DNA from: an uncultured Methanosarcinaceae archaeon
GTDB taxonomy: Archaea > Halobacteriota > Methanosarcinia > Methanosarcinales > Methanosarcinaceae
Reading direction: 5' to 3'
Assembly (NCBI GenBank): GCA_963727895.1
Contig: CAVSHT010000012.1
Coordinates: 320,001-384,000, forward strand
DNA length: 64,000 nucleotides
Part shown: piece after piece, positions 11,172 to 22,075 of the stretch
How the letters are laid out: the number at the start of each line of letters is the position of its first letter
Position numbering within the stretch: the first letter of the stretch is position 1
Made by a program: the position numbers and the translations under genes
The notes under the pieces: generated by a model
Database searches by the model: none
What the model saw: the letters and a program-made list of their open reading frames with translations, nothing else
What the model was told of the DNA's origin: nothing

Positions 11172-12047
11172 TTATGCTTTTTTGCAGCTTTTTGCATGTG
11201 ATGCAATAAATTCCCTCATCAATTTTGCTCCAAGCATAGCTGTTTGCCCGAAATCGTATTCAGGAGCAATTTCTACAACATCAAAAGCCATTGAGAAAGG
11301 AGCAAGCGTCCTTATTGCAGTTCTTACATCCCTCGCACTCAAGCCGAAAGGTTCAGGCGTACCAAGACCAGGGGCATAAGCAGGGTCTATAGCATCCATA
11401 TCAAGAGAAAGGTATATCTGGCTGCAGTCTAGCCACTCAAGAGAGTCTTTGATGATTTCTACAATACCAGTAGATTCCACATCATCGGTTGTATAATATT
11501 TTAGATTATTTTCCTTAGCAAAAACCCATTCTTCTTCCGGGCCGCTTCTGATACCTATAGAAACCAGATTATCAGTAACCTCATTAAGGATGTTTCGGGA
11601 TACACAAGCATGGTTATGCTTAAAACCCCTATATTCTTCCCTTAAATCGAAATGAGCATCCAGAACAAGGACCCCAAAATCATCTCCTGCGAGTTCGGCA
11701 CAGGCTTTCACCATCGCAAAAGTAAGAGAGTGTTCTCCTCCAAGCATAATAGGAAGTTTTCCATCGTTAAAAAGATCCTTTACAGCTTCGTAGAGGTTCT
11801 CCAGAGTCTCATCAACTGAAGCTGAGGTTTCCAGGTTTCCAGCATCATATATTGGAAGATCGACAAGATCTATGTCGAAAGTAGGGTTGTAACTCTCAAA
11901 ATTAGCAGACGCCCTTCTCATGGCATCTGGAGCCCAACGGCTGCCTGCCCTATAAGAAGAGGTATTATCAAAAGGAACGCCAAAGATAACATAACGTGAA
12001 GATTCATAGTCTGCAAGAGCATCTATAAAAGAATTAGGTAAAAACAT
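11172..12047 (-). CDS. speB: Agmatinase
   Basis: Ureohydrolase motifs GGEHS, DAHFD, SLDMDAIDP..APG.GTPEPFG, VEIAPEYD. Confidence 0.93.
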   Translation of the reverse strand: MFLPNSFIDALADYESSRYVIFGVPFDNTSSYRAGSRWAPDAMRRASANFESYNPTFDIDLVDLPIYDAGNLETSASVDETLENLYEAVKDLFNDGKLPIMLGGEHSLTFAMVKACAELAGDDFGVLVLDAHFDLREEYRGFKHNHACVSRNILNEVTDNLVSIGIRSGPEEEWVFAKENNLKYYTTDDVESTGIVEIIKDSLEWLDCSQIYLSLDMDAIDPAYAPGLGTPEPFGLSARDVRTAIRTLAPFSMAFDVVEIAPEYDFGQTAMLGAKLMREFIASHAKSCKKA

Positions 12048-12129
12048 ACTTTAACCTGATATGAAATTATTTGCTTAAAAAAGAATGACTCAGGCTATTA
12101 ACCTGAGTTTGCACATGACTTTAGAAAAT

Positions 12130-12516
12130 TTATGTCCGTATATCGAGCTTGACCTTGCTAAGGGCTGTGATGTAAGAAATCTCTTCGCCCTCTTTGACTT
12201 TCTCCTTGAATTCATCAGGAATTACGATCTCAAAGGTTGAGAAGTCTCCCATATCCATGAGCTGGGCAATGTCGCCAGTAATTGAAATTACCTGGGCAGA
12301 CTTTCTTTCCACAATAGGGACGTATACTTTGGTTGCAACCGAACCTATGAATGAGCGCTTTTGGCCGTCAAAGAGTCCAATAGCCTCTATTCTTGCCTTT
12401 GCAGCTCCGTGTTTTCCCGGCTTGGACTTGGTAATGCTCTTTATGATGCATGCCTCGTCATCAATAATTAAATATTTCCCTTCTTTAAGTTCTTTTACTT
12501 CTACCTGCTGTTTCAT
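12130..12516 (-). CDS. eif5A: Translation factor aIF5A
   Basis: SKPGKHGAAK hypusination loop. Confidence 0.97.
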   Translation of the reverse strand: MKQQVEVKELKEGKYLIIDDEACIIKSITKSKPGKHGAAKARIEAIGLFDGQKRSFIGSVATKVYVPIVERKSAQVISITGDIAQLMDMGDFSTFEIVIPDEFKEKVKEGEEISYITALSKVKLDIRT

Positions 12517-12890
12517 AATAATTCTCCCATAAGTTTTAAAGTGTTTATAAATAAGCTGTAAATGTCATTCCGGATTTGTCGAAGGCTTTCCGTGACTCCG
12601 GTAAAGTGGTATAAGAAGGCTTTTCTAATTTTTAAGCCTGACTCTTATTTTATCTATACATTGCTTAAGATCTGCATAGAAAAACTGGAAAAATATTCCG
12701 AGCTTGAGGTGTCTGCAGAGTCAATCTACAGGTCGAGAACTAATACGATTAATTATCCTTGACTATATAACGCTTGTGCGAGATTTTGAGTCTTTAAACG
12801 GGATTTCCGGGAAAACTGCTAGAAAAAATTGGAAAAAATTTACAAATTACAGTAAATTTTGGATTAAAATATTGAATATTAAAGAAAAAA

Positions 12891-13630
12891 GGCATTGTTA
12901 ACTAAACATAGTTAACTCTTTATTTCTGTATTTCATCAATAGAATAACCGATTACTTTAGCATTTCAAGACTTTTTGTATAACACTTTGTCTTTCTTCTC
13001 AATCTTGCTAGAAAATGCCTCAATATGCTGTTATATCCCTCAACTGTAAATGTTTCTGCTTTTGATTGAGTATGACTCTTTTCTGGAAGAAACTCTGCAT
13101 ATGCTCTCCAGTGATCTGTCATTACTTCTCCAATCTCTTTTTTCTTCACTTTTTCCCAGAGTAGTTTTCCAGTTTCTGTTCCTCTGCTACCAAAAGAGCA
13201 GTTGATGAACTTTTTCCCAACTCTATCAACAGCAATCCAGATCCAGCAATATTTTTTTTGTTACCGATGTAAGTGTGCATTTCATCCATTTCAACAATAG
13301 ATATCTCATTTTCACTTTTTAGGTCCTCTAACTCCTGACCAAATTTCTTTATCCATCTTTGGACAGAAACATGACTCACCCCTAAAAATCTTCCTATTGA
13401 ACGAAAGCCCAATCCTTCAAGGTAAAGTTGTAAAGCCTGTCTTTTAACAGAAGCGGAAAAAGCAGTTGATTTTAGTTCTACTGTATAGTTATAGCCACAA
13501 TCAGAGCATTTGTACCGTTGACGCCCGCCAACTATACCGTTCTTTTTGTGACTGGAACTATTGCATCTGGGGCAGTTCATGAAGAAATATACTTTCTAAT
13601 AGTATATAACTATGTTTAAGTATCAAAGCC
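12891..13630 (-). mobile_element. IS1-family element, copy 1 (740 bp)
   Basis: Imperfect TIRs GGCTTTGATACTTAAACATAGTT / GGCATTGTTAACTAAACATAGTT; 8-bp TSD AGAAAAAA (12883-12890, 13631-13638); InsA zinc ribbon plus HTH and InsB DDE frames joined at an A8 tract; premature TAA at 12952. Confidence 0.95.
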
Positions 13631-13765
13631 AGAAAAAATTTATTATCCTCCAAAATTTATCGCTTTTGGAACTGGCAGTACAATAAATAAATGCCTTTGT
13701 ATTTCTTTTCTACTATCTTTTATGTTATTTTTGTGACCATACAACTTTAGCTTTGTTTTTCTATA

Positions 13766-15529
13766 TTATTGTTTTATATCATTGTGCCTTCCATATTGTT
13801 TTTTAAGTTTTTCTTGACATATAAGACCAAGTTTCTTCAATTTTTCTGGTTTTGGCACTCCTTTTTCATCCCAGCCACGGTAATGATAATATTCCTTAAT
13901 TGCAGCCTCAAATTCTTGCCTGGGGAGCCCATATATTTCATATCCCTGGTTTTCAAACAGCCTTTCTGGAAGGATATCATCTTTCCAGGTGAAACCTGCT
14001 TTAAGATTATAGGTTCTCTCAAGATTATAGATTCGTTCTCCTATTTTCAAAAGCTCAGCAGGCGAGATATCAATGCCTGAAACAGATAATAAAAGAGCTG
14101 AACAAAGTTCTTCATTAAAAACAAAACTTGAAAACGGACAGAACACAAGTGAATCCAATACAGCAGTAAAGTTTTCAAAAACCTGGAGAATACCTGCTTT
14201 TCCTTTAAGGCTCAGACTGTCAAGACTAACAGCTCTTCCAAGAACTTCAGGACCTACCATGAAAGCATTTAGATAATCTCCACCATGGTTAGACGTGGCA
14301 TAAGCTAGAGCCTGTCCTCTTATTCCCCGCGGATCAAAACCTCCAAGTTCAAGCCCCTTTACATCCATACTCAACTCTTCTCTTTTAATGCCTGAAAAAT
14401 ATTTTCTAGCTCCTTTTCCAAGAGGTCCTCCCTCTCCGATTTCTAGGAGCAAGGATTCCAGTCCATTAGCTTCGATTACTCCAGGTTTAAGTTCAGCACA
14501 AGCGCCGAGCATAGAACCTGCCGATATAGGATCAAGCCCATAATCCTTGCATATTCTGTCAGCTTTGAGTACAGAAGTCAGGTCAGAGTTATTAAGGTTA
14601 AATCCGAATGCCCAGAGAGAATCATAATCTGGCAGTATTTCCCCTGTTTCTTTGATTCTCTTTTTACAACCAAATGGACAGCCAGAGCAGCTTTCTTTTT
14701 CAAACTCGAAAGTGGATTTGATATATTCTCCTGAAAAAGCATCTGCAAAAGAAATCTTCCTTCTGGAAAAGTTTCTGGTAGGGATGAGGTTCGTGTAGTC
14801 CAGTAATTTTACAAGTGTAGATGTGCCATAATTTGCAAGCCCTTTGGAAAGAAAGGGGCTTGCATCAAAAAGCTTCAGAATTTTAATTTCAAGTTCTCTG
14901 AATCTCTCAGGATCAGAAGGTAAAATTTCTTTATCTCCTTTCACTACAATGGCTTTAAGCATTTTTGAGCCAGCAACTGCACCCAAACCGCCCCTTCCGC
15001 TATGTATAGAATCAACAACAAAAGAAGAGATAAGAACCTGTTTTTCTCCTGCTCTGCCGATGCAGGTAACACTTCCTTTACTTTCAAGAGCCTTTGTACA
15101 AGCTCTGATATTCTTTCCCCATAATTGGGCTGCAGATACGATTTCAACCTTTCCTTGTCCTATTTCTATATATGAAGATCTTTTTGCCTTTCCATTAATA
15201 ATCAGAGCGTCAATCTTGGCTTTTTTGAGTTCTTTCCCGAAATCTCCACTCATATTCCAGCTAAATATTGTGCCTGTCAAAGGCGACTTAGAAGTAAGAA
15301 CTGCCCCTGAAGACATTGGAACAAGACCTGAAAGCGGTCCTGAAGTGAAAATTAAAGGGTTGGCAGGACTAAGAGGATCAATACATGGATCTGTCAGATC
15401 GGAAAGAAGCTTGACTCCTAGACCTCTCCCTCCAAGAAATCTGAGAATTAATTTTTCATCAGTTTCGATGACATTAATAGATTCAGTACTAAGGTCTACA
15501 TATACTGTTTTTCCTGCCCAGCGATTCAT
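13766..15529 (-). CDS. aor: Tungsten-dependent aldehyde:ferredoxin oxidoreductase family protein
   Basis: LGGRGLG, SKSPLTG, GRGGLGAV.GSK.LKAI, CSGCPFGC, GLDPISAG, DPRG; probable start MNRWAGK. Confidence 0.9.
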   Translation of the reverse strand: MNRWAGKTVYVDLSTESINVIETDEKLILRFLGGRGLGVKLLSDLTDPCIDPLSPANPLIFTSGPLSGLVPMSSGAVLTSKSPLTGTIFSWNMSGDFGKELKKAKIDALIINGKAKRSSYIEIGQGKVEIVSAAQLWGKNIRACTKALESKGSVTCIGRAGEKQVLISSFVVDSIHSGRGGLGAVAGSKMLKAIVVKGDKEILPSDPERFRELEIKILKLFDASPFLSKGLANYGTSTLVKLLDYTNLIPTRNFSRRKISFADAFSGEYIKSTFEFEKESCSGCPFGCKKRIKETGEILPDYDSLWAFGFNLNNSDLTSVLKADRICKDYGLDPISAGSMLGACAELKPGVIEANGLESLLLEIGEGGPLGKGARKYFSGIKREELSMDVKGLELGGFDPRGIRGQALAYATSNHGGDYLNAFMVGPEVLGRAVSLDSLSLKGKAGILQVFENFTAVLDSLVFCPFSSFVFNEELCSALLLSVSGIDISPAELLKIGERIYNLERTYNLKAGFTWKDDILPERLFENQGYEIYGLPRQEFEAAIKEYYHYRGWDEKGVPKPEKLKKLGLICQEKLKKQYGRHNDIKQ

Positions 15530-15700
15530 ATTGAGTACCTCTTTTCTGTTCGGATCCAAGTTTTCAATCCTGTTTTAAGAATCTTTTTCACTGATACCTA
15601 ATTTAACTCAATATTCCTCATTTTCTTAGAAATAAAAATCATCAAAAATAAAACTTATTAGCCGGTGATCAACGAATACATTAGAGACACGTAAGGATAA

Positions 15701-16048
15701 TTAACCTTTATTATTCCTGTTCAAGAACCTAGAAACATAATCTATAGTCTTAATGGCAATTAGTCCTGTAAACGCGGTGAACATACCAAAAAAAGCAGCG
15801 ATTATATAAGGAGCAAAAGGTGAAGAAGCAACTATATCTGTGCGCGCAAGGTACCATATAATACCCTCTCCCTCATTTACGGGGATAGCATATGCAAGCA
15901 CAAAAGCAATTGGTAGCCCAATAATTGATCCCGCAATGCTCAGTTTTTTATTTATTAAGTTTGCGTATAAAAGAACAAAGGAAATACTAACAGGTATTAA
16001 CAAGAAAAATACTGGTAATATTAAAACAAATACTAATCCTTCATCCAA
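15701..16048 (-). CDS. Hypothetical membrane protein (3 TM)
   Basis: Hydrophobic ORF; GAGGAG upstream of TTG start. Confidence 0.65.
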   Translation of the reverse strand: MDEGLVFVLILPVFFLLIPVSISFVLLYANLINKKLSIAGSIIGLPIAFVLAYAIPVNEGEGIIWYLARTDIVASSPFAPYIIAAFFGMFTAFTGLIAIKTIDYVSRFLNRNNKG

Positions 16049-16466
16049 TTAATTTATCTCCTCAGTGATTTTTTCATAAACTTATGTTGATCTGAGTTTT
16101 TGAGGACGCATTACCCATCTATGTGCTGCAAAGAAACTGACAACGTTACACACAAGTTAGAAATTAAAAGTTAAAAATGAAGTTATTTCTACAAATTATT
16201 AGATTGTGATATTTATGAGATATTTCATTCATTTTACTCTTCTTTTTTCCATAGAATATCTTGAATAATGTAAATACAGGATAAATATAAAATATTTTTT
16301 GATGATTGTATACAAAGAGGACTCTAGGAAAATTTTATTGTTTGAGAGATTTGGCTAGAAGTTCCTTAAAAGTACGTATTGAATGATATACATATCAAGA
16401 AAAACAATATTTTGAAGATATTGAAAGAGCCATCCTTTAAGATATAAAAATCTCACATATTTTTGT

Positions 16467-16904
16467 ATGAATCTGGAGAAACCTTACATCGTTTCGATAT
16501 ATGCCATTCTCCGTAATGAGAAAGGCGAGTTCCTTCTTCTCAGGAGATCGGAAAACTCTCGCAGCAACCCAGGAAAATGGGACCTGCCAGGAGGAAAACT
16601 GATCCGTGGAGAACCTCTCGAAGAAGCTGTTGTACGTGAAGTATGGGAAGAAACCGGAATTTCAATTATACCTGGAGAAATTTCAGGATACACCATATTT
16701 GAACTGCCGGAGAAAAAAGTTATTGCCGCAATATATGATGGAGGGTATATTATTGCTGATGTGAAGTTAAGCGACGAACACATAGAATATGCCTGGACAT
16801 CTCTTAAAAATATATTAGAATTGAATACTCTTCCTGATTATTTCAAGGAATTCTTTAAAAGGTTCGCTGCGGAAAATAAAGAACCTCCAAAAATGTCTAT
16901 TTAA
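16467..16904 (+). CDS. NUDIX hydrolase (MutT-like)
   Basis: Nudix box GGKLIRGEPLEEAVVREVWEETG. Confidence 0.92.
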   Translation: MNLEKPYIVSIYAILRNEKGEFLLLRRSENSRSNPGKWDLPGGKLIRGEPLEEAVVREVWEETGISIIPGEISGYTIFELPEKKVIAAIYDGGYIIADVKLSDEHIEYAWTSLKNILELNTLPDYFKEFFKRFAAENKEPPKMSI

Positions 16905-17339
16905 AGCCTATCCAAAAAGCGATTGTTTGCTACATATTTTATAATATTTTACATGAAAAACGGAAATTGACAAATAATATTATTACAAACAGTTACTTGA
17001 AATATTTTTCACTTCTGCAGTAATTTAACCTGGCATTAAACTTAAATTTTTGTATATTTTGTATAACATATTTTTAACACTGCTTATAATTGAGACTTCG
17101 AAAATTAATTTCACGGTTATTATGTTATTTTACCTTATTTTAAGATATTAAGGATTAAGTGAGCTTGTTTTTAGAAATAAACTTTGAAAATAATTTTATC
17201 CGAGAAAAAAGGCTTATATCTAAGAACAAATTTTTTGGTCATTATCTCGTTAACAGAGTGAAAGAACTATGACTTACGCAACTAAATTGAAGAATAGTAA
17301 AATTCACGTCTTAGTTGAGTTTGTCCTAGGAGGACTTAT

Positions 17340-18719
17340 ATGAAAAAATGTTTTTCATCTACGGTTTTATTAGGTATACTATTCTTGCAAGTAGCTTTAG
17401 CTATTATACCATTAGTTGGAGTAGTTTCAGCTGCAGGCAATGTCACATCTTCAAACAATAGCACAGGCAATCTCACAATTAATGACTTTACTTGTAATAT
17501 TATTCATGGGACTGTTCCTATGGAGACAAGATTAACTGGTAATGTAACCGGCAAAGTTACCAAGTGGAAATGGGAATTTTATAATCCACAAATTAACCAT
17601 TGGTCTTATAGCGGTGGAAACGGAAACGATGTAACTACTTCTCATGAATTTGGGAGAGCTAAAGCTTACGGAGTTTTCAACGTTACTTTAATTGTAGTTG
17701 GACCTAATGGTAGTGATTCACTTAAAAAGATAGATTATGTAGTAGGAAATAGAAACACTACAGGTCTGCCAACTGCTAATTTCTCTGCATCCTCTACTTC
17801 TGGATATGCACCATTGAATGTAACATTTACTGACAAGAGTAAAAATGCATCTACAGCTTTATGGTATTTTGGATTGACAAATACGTCAAAAGAAAAGAAC
17901 CCAACATACACTTTCAATAATCCAGGAACTTATAGAGTTGTTTTAGAAGTAAGCAATGGAAGAGGCTGGGATGCAACAGCTCAAGAAATAACTGTTCTGG
18001 GACAACAGAAAATTATTCCTGAAGCAGGTTTTGATGCTGATACTTCCAATGATCTCGATGTGCAATTTGCAGACACCTCACAAAACGCAAATGGATGGAA
18101 CTGGAACTTTGGAGACGGAACTAATTCAACCGATCAGAACCCAGAACATACATATTCCGCAGCTGGAAACTATACTGTCAACCTCACAGCAAGCAATGAA
18201 AACGGTACAGTTTCAGTAAACAAAACAATAGATGTGGAAGAAACTAGCAGCTCAAGTGATAGTAGCTCAAGTGATAGTAGCTCAAGTGATGATAGTAGCA
18301 GTAGCAGTGGAAGCAGCGTGGGAACTGCATCTATAGTAAGCAGCAGTGGAAGCAGCAGTGGAAGCAGCAGTGGAAGCAGCAGTGGAAGCAGCAGTTCTTC
18401 TTCTAGCGCCAGTGTAATAACGGTTGCAAATGAAAGTAATGACAGTACAGTGAACGCTAGTAGCACAAACAGTACTAACGTCAGTGCTTCTCCTGAAAAT
18501 CAAAGCAATGTAACGGTAAATGAAACACAATCTAACAATACTCAGGGCCTTGAACAAAACAACAGTACAGCAGCTACTGAACAGACGTCTGAGCAGACAC
18601 CGAGCGCAAACAATTCTAGCGCAAATTCTGGAAACGGAGACAAAAAATCTCCAGGTTTTGAATCAACTTTTGGAATAGTTGGTCTGCTTGCTGCTGTGTT
18701 CTTGTATAAAAGAAAATAA
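17340..18719 (+). CDS. PKD-domain cell-surface protein with Ser-rich linker and PGF-CTERM anchor
   Basis: Signal peptide; about 3 PKD repeats (WNFGDG..STDQNPEHTY...GNYTVNLT); C-terminal PGF + TM + KRK. Confidence 0.9.
   Translation: MKKCFSSTVLLGILFLQVALAIIPLVGVVSAAGNVTSSNNSTGNLTINDFTCNIIHGTVPMETRLTGNVTGKVTKWKWEFYNPQINHWSYSGGNGNDVTTSHEFGRAKAYGVFNVTLIVVGPNGSDSLKKIDYVVGNRNTTGLPTANFSASSTSGYAPLNVTFTDKSKNASTALWYFGLTNTSKEKNPTYTFNNPGTYRVVLEVSNGRGWDATAQEITVLGQQKIIPEAGFDADTSNDLDVQFADTSQNANGWNWNFGDGTNSTDQNPEHTYSAAGNYTVNLTASNENGTVSVNKTIDVEETSSSSDSSSSDSSSSDDSSSSSGSSVGTASIVSSSGSSSGSSSGSSSGSSSSSSSASVITVANESNDSTVNASSTNSTNVSASPENQSNVTVNETQSNNTQGLEQNNSTAATEQTSEQTPSANNSSANSGNGDKKSPGFESTFGIVGLLAAVFLYKRK
18249..18395 (+). 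repeat. Coding tandem repeats: 15-bp AGCTCAAGTGATAGT (about 3 copies) and 12-bp AGCAGCAGTGGA (about 4.7 copies)
   Basis: Read directly; encode SSSDS and SSSG linkers. Confidence 0.9.
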
Positions 18720-19016
18720 GAATATATAAATTAAGCAAGAAAGAATCTCTATGATGAGGATTTAATTTCCTCATTTAAATTTTTTATAGTTATATTTAAT
18801 TCTATTATCCGTTTTGAGGATATTAACAACTCTTCGTTCTTTTCTGAGATAAAATCGAATTTGAAACTCTGTAGTACATATAAACTCTACCAATTATTTC
18901 ATTAGAATTTTGATGAAAATATTATTTTTCTAATTTTAAGCTTATCTAAAACTAATTTTGAGATTTCAAATAGATTTTAATCAAGATGTATTCGAAAGTT
19001 ACTTTAAAACAAATAT

Positions 19017-19742
19017 TTACTTAAAATATTTTTCTTCAAGTGTTTTCCTTTTTTTCCTGTTATATTGCCAACTTACCCCATAGTACAGGAGAACAACAAA
19101 AGCTGCAAAAGTTCCCACAAACAATAAAGACCCATATCTGCTTAAGAGAAGAGGATTTATCTCATCTCTTTGCTCGTATTCGGGATACATAATATCTTGC
19201 TTGTCGCTGCTGTGTCCTAGACCTAGAGCATGCCCAAGTTCATGTTTTGCAATAGAAAACATTGTTTCGTCCCCATACTGACGCCAGAGTCTTCCATGGA
19301 ACTTCCCTGTCTCAAGGACTATATCCACCTTTACATATCGACCATCAGATATACTGGGATGTGCATAGCCAGCAACTCCTGAAGGAGTTCCTTCAACACT
19401 CTCTAGATTTTCAACCCATTTTATTGTTATATCCGCGTCTGTAGAATTCACAAGTTTAAAAACAGGTGTGAATTTGAGGTTTCCGTTTCCTCCATTTTCC
19501 CAGTATTCCATAGCTTTTTCTACCTGTGAATAATAAGTAGGACTGTAGTGTCCGGGTACATTACGGTCATCTATGTATACCGTGATAGGAGAATGATTCC
19601 AAGGATGATCCAAAATTATTTCCTGATTCGCTTCAGATTCGGCCGAGAATATTGGTAAAACAAATATTGTCAGTAATAGCATAACGAAAAATTTAATTTC
19701 AAATATTCTTTTTTGAGTTATAAAAATCGGCCTCCAGAACAA
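19017..19742 (-). CDS. Matrixin-family (M10-like) zinc metalloprotease, membrane anchored
   Basis: HELGHALGLGH and Met-turn DIMYP; N-terminal signal and C-terminal TM. Confidence 0.9.
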   Translation of the reverse strand: MFWRPIFITQKRIFEIKFFVMLLLTIFVLPIFSAESEANQEIILDHPWNHSPITVYIDDRNVPGHYSPTYYSQVEKAMEYWENGGNGNLKFTPVFKLVNSTDADITIKWVENLESVEGTPSGVAGYAHPSISDGRYVKVDIVLETGKFHGRLWRQYGDETMFSIAKHELGHALGLGHSSDKQDIMYPEYEQRDEINPLLLSRYGSLLFVGTFAAFVVLLYYGVSWQYNRKKRKTLEEKYFK

Positions 19743-19920
19743 AAGATATGAACCTTAAAAATATGACATAAAACAACTCTTGCATGTGCATGAGCTATTC
19801 TTAGTACTAACTTTAGATCAGAGTTTAATCAAAGGGTAAATTATTCAAAATTATATTGGATTCTTATGAGTACTACACAAAATCATAAAATTCTAACTAT
19901 TATTTATTGAGTCTGTCAAT

Positions 19921-20391
19921 TTATTCAATAGTAGTTCTAGAGATATCACAGATCTCACAATTCGAATCTTGGCATTGAATATCGTATTCATTTCCATTAG
20001 CAGGGAATTCAGACGTAAGTGCTCTTGTACTTTCGGCAAGTACTGCAGCATTGGAAATTGATGCTCCTATCATAATTGCAGAAAATATTTTTTCTTTATT
20101 TATTCCTCTTCTTTTTGCAACTCTGATGTGCATCTTCAAGCAATGCTCGCATCGAAGAGCAGAAGCTACACCTATTGCAATAAGCTCAACTGTCTCTGGA
20201 TCAAGGTTCTTAAATTCCCTCATTATAGAGTTCTCATAAAGTATTTTCGGAATGAAGAGTTCCGGAAGATCCTTCAGGAAATTCACTATATAAGGGATTT
20301 CACCATACTGATTCCGGATATCTTCTAGAAGTTCAGGAACGGCTTTTTCGGGGTCTTTTTTCAAAATTTCCACAATCTCTTCAAGTTCCAT
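19921..20391 (-). CDS. Carboxymuconolactone decarboxylase/AhpD-family protein
   Basis: ELIAIGVASALRCEHCLKMH motif; extra C-terminal CQDSNCEIC. Confidence 0.88.
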   Translation of the reverse strand: MELEEIVEILKKDPEKAVPELLEDIRNQYGEIPYIVNFLKDLPELFIPKILYENSIMREFKNLDPETVELIAIGVASALRCEHCLKMHIRVAKRRGINKEKIFSAIMIGASISNAAVLAESTRALTSEFPANGNEYDIQCQDSNCEICDISRTTIE

Positions 20392-20534
20392 ACGAAACCA
20401 CCTTCGTATATTAACGTGGAAAAAGGAATGAGACGCCGTTTTCTGGATAAGATTTTACTGTATAAAGGATAAGTGAAAAGACACAAACCCAGTAAAATGT
20501 AAAGCAAATGAATCTTAACATAACAGAATCCGGG

Positions 20535-21467
20535 TCAAATTGTAAAACCAACGTCAGACTTAGATTTGAGTTTTATTAATATATAATTATTCATTTTCGA
20601 TCGAGAAATACTTGCAAGCTCGGAAAGAGTGACTCCTTCATCAAATTCCAACTTTTCAAGCTTTTCGTGGAATTCATCATAAGGTAACTTGACCCTAACT
20701 CCGTTAAGCTGAAGAGTGAGAGGGGCAGGAGAAAGTACAGTTTGAATTTGTGGTACTTGATTCTCAATTTCTTTCATGACTCTGGCAGGGAGTACCGCTA
20801 GCGGATCTTTTGCCTGCTGTTTACGGATATTATCGGCAATCTTTCCAACTTCTTCATTGAGTTTATCAAGAGCGTTCATCTCTTCTGTTTTTCTTAACCT
20901 ATGAGAAGTTCTCCCTATATTTCCAACATAAAGATCTGCTCCAGGTACCTCTTCGGTTTTTAAGTCAGGTCCGCCTGTAACCACAATAGGGATTTCTATG
21001 CCTTCAAAGAGCTTTGGCTTCTTGTTTATTATGCAGTCACTGAAAGATCCGAACGTGAAAACTGCAATATCATGCTCGTTGATAAGTTTCCTTTCGTAAT
21101 CCATTGAAAGGGATACTCTACGTCCCATTCCCCTTGCAAGCCCTATCATATTTGTATTGGCTCCAGGGTGGCGGAGGTACTCTGCTATATCACAGGCTGA
21201 GTGTGGGAGGTGATGGGAAGCAAGGGTTGGAGAAACAACTGCAATCTCGACTCCAGTAAGAGGAGCTTCTATCAGTATTCCAAGAAGTTCGTCAGATTGC
21301 TTTTTCACTATCGAGATATCTTTCTCCGGAATAAGCATTATAAGGTTGACTTCAGTTCCTGTAACTACTTTCTGAATTATGTAGCCGCCCAGGTCTTCCA
21401 GTAACTCAATTAAAAGTCCATGCTTGTGGACGCCACCTGTATAAAGATAAGGTCGGAGTACAGCCAT
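20535..21467 (-). CDS. mmp7: Methanogenesis marker protein 7
   Basis: ELLEDLGG, SPTLASHHLPHSACDIAEYLR..GA.TNMIGLARG; cluster context. Confidence 0.92.
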   Translation of the reverse strand: MAVLRPYLYTGGVHKHGLLIELLEDLGGYIIQKVVTGTEVNLIMLIPEKDISIVKKQSDELLGILIEAPLTGVEIAVVSPTLASHHLPHSACDIAEYLRHPGANTNMIGLARGMGRRVSLSMDYERKLINEHDIAVFTFGSFSDCIINKKPKLFEGIEIPIVVTGGPDLKTEEVPGADLYVGNIGRTSHRLRKTEEMNALDKLNEEVGKIADNIRKQQAKDPLAVLPARVMKEIENQVPQIQTVLSPAPLTLQLNGVRVKLPYDEFHEKLEKLEFDEGVTLSELASISRSKMNNYILIKLKSKSDVGFTI

Positions 21468-21468
21468 C

Positions 21469-22068
21469 TTACTTATTCCCTCCTTTCATCAATTCTTCAA
21501 GTATCGCCTCTGCTTCCTCTATCCATTCATGTTTTAGTGCTTCCTCGGAAGCAACAAAAATAAACTGGTTTCCCTTATACAGATGATAGCGAACTCTAAA
21601 ACCTTCGGGAGTAACCCGAATTGCAAAATCAACAAGGTTTTCATGAAGCCTGTGCCTGGGATCTGCAACCATCATATCTTTAAGAAAGACTTCTTCTTCC
21701 TTTGGTTTATCCGAACTTATGGTTACAGTCCAGCGGTCAGGTTGGCTGATGTTTGCTTTACCGTAGCGCTCCCAGAGTTTTCTCAGTAATTCTGGAATGT
21801 ACTGCTCTTTTTTAATAGAGATTATTATTTCCCCAGCAATTGGTTTTGTTTCCATGTCAGCAATATCATTTATTGTAACTCTGGTACCTACATCTCTCAG
21901 GATAATTGCCATTTGAAAAAGGGAATCTTCAGGTCTCAAAACCACTTTTATTTTCCCTATCGCTGGGGCAAGCTTGAGACTTGCGAGATTATCCTCGATA
22001 ATTTTCCTGTAAAATTCCTGTTCCGAAGCAATTGCAGACTCAACAGCAAAGATCTCAAGCGATTCCAT
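21469..22068 (-). CDS. mmp17: Methanogenesis marker protein 17
   Basis: RVTPEGFRVR motif, EQYIPELL..LWERYG; cluster context. Confidence 0.88.
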   Translation of the reverse strand: MESLEIFAVESAIASEQEFYRKIIEDNLASLKLAPAIGKIKVVLRPEDSLFQMAIILRDVGTRVTINDIADMETKPIAGEIIISIKKEQYIPELLRKLWERYGKANISQPDRWTVTISSDKPKEEEVFLKDMMVADPRHRLHENLVDFAIRVTPEGFRVRYHLYKGNQFIFVASEEALKHEWIEEAEAILEELMKGGNK

Positions 22069-22075
22069 CTTTACC

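Noticed and set aside
14844..15578. 244-aa plus-strand ORF and similar antisense ORFs over core genes
   Set aside because: Shadow frames of well-supported genes on the opposite strand
18170..18557. Leu-rich and TAAS-repeat ORFs
   Set aside because: Antisense translations of the Ser-rich linker repeats
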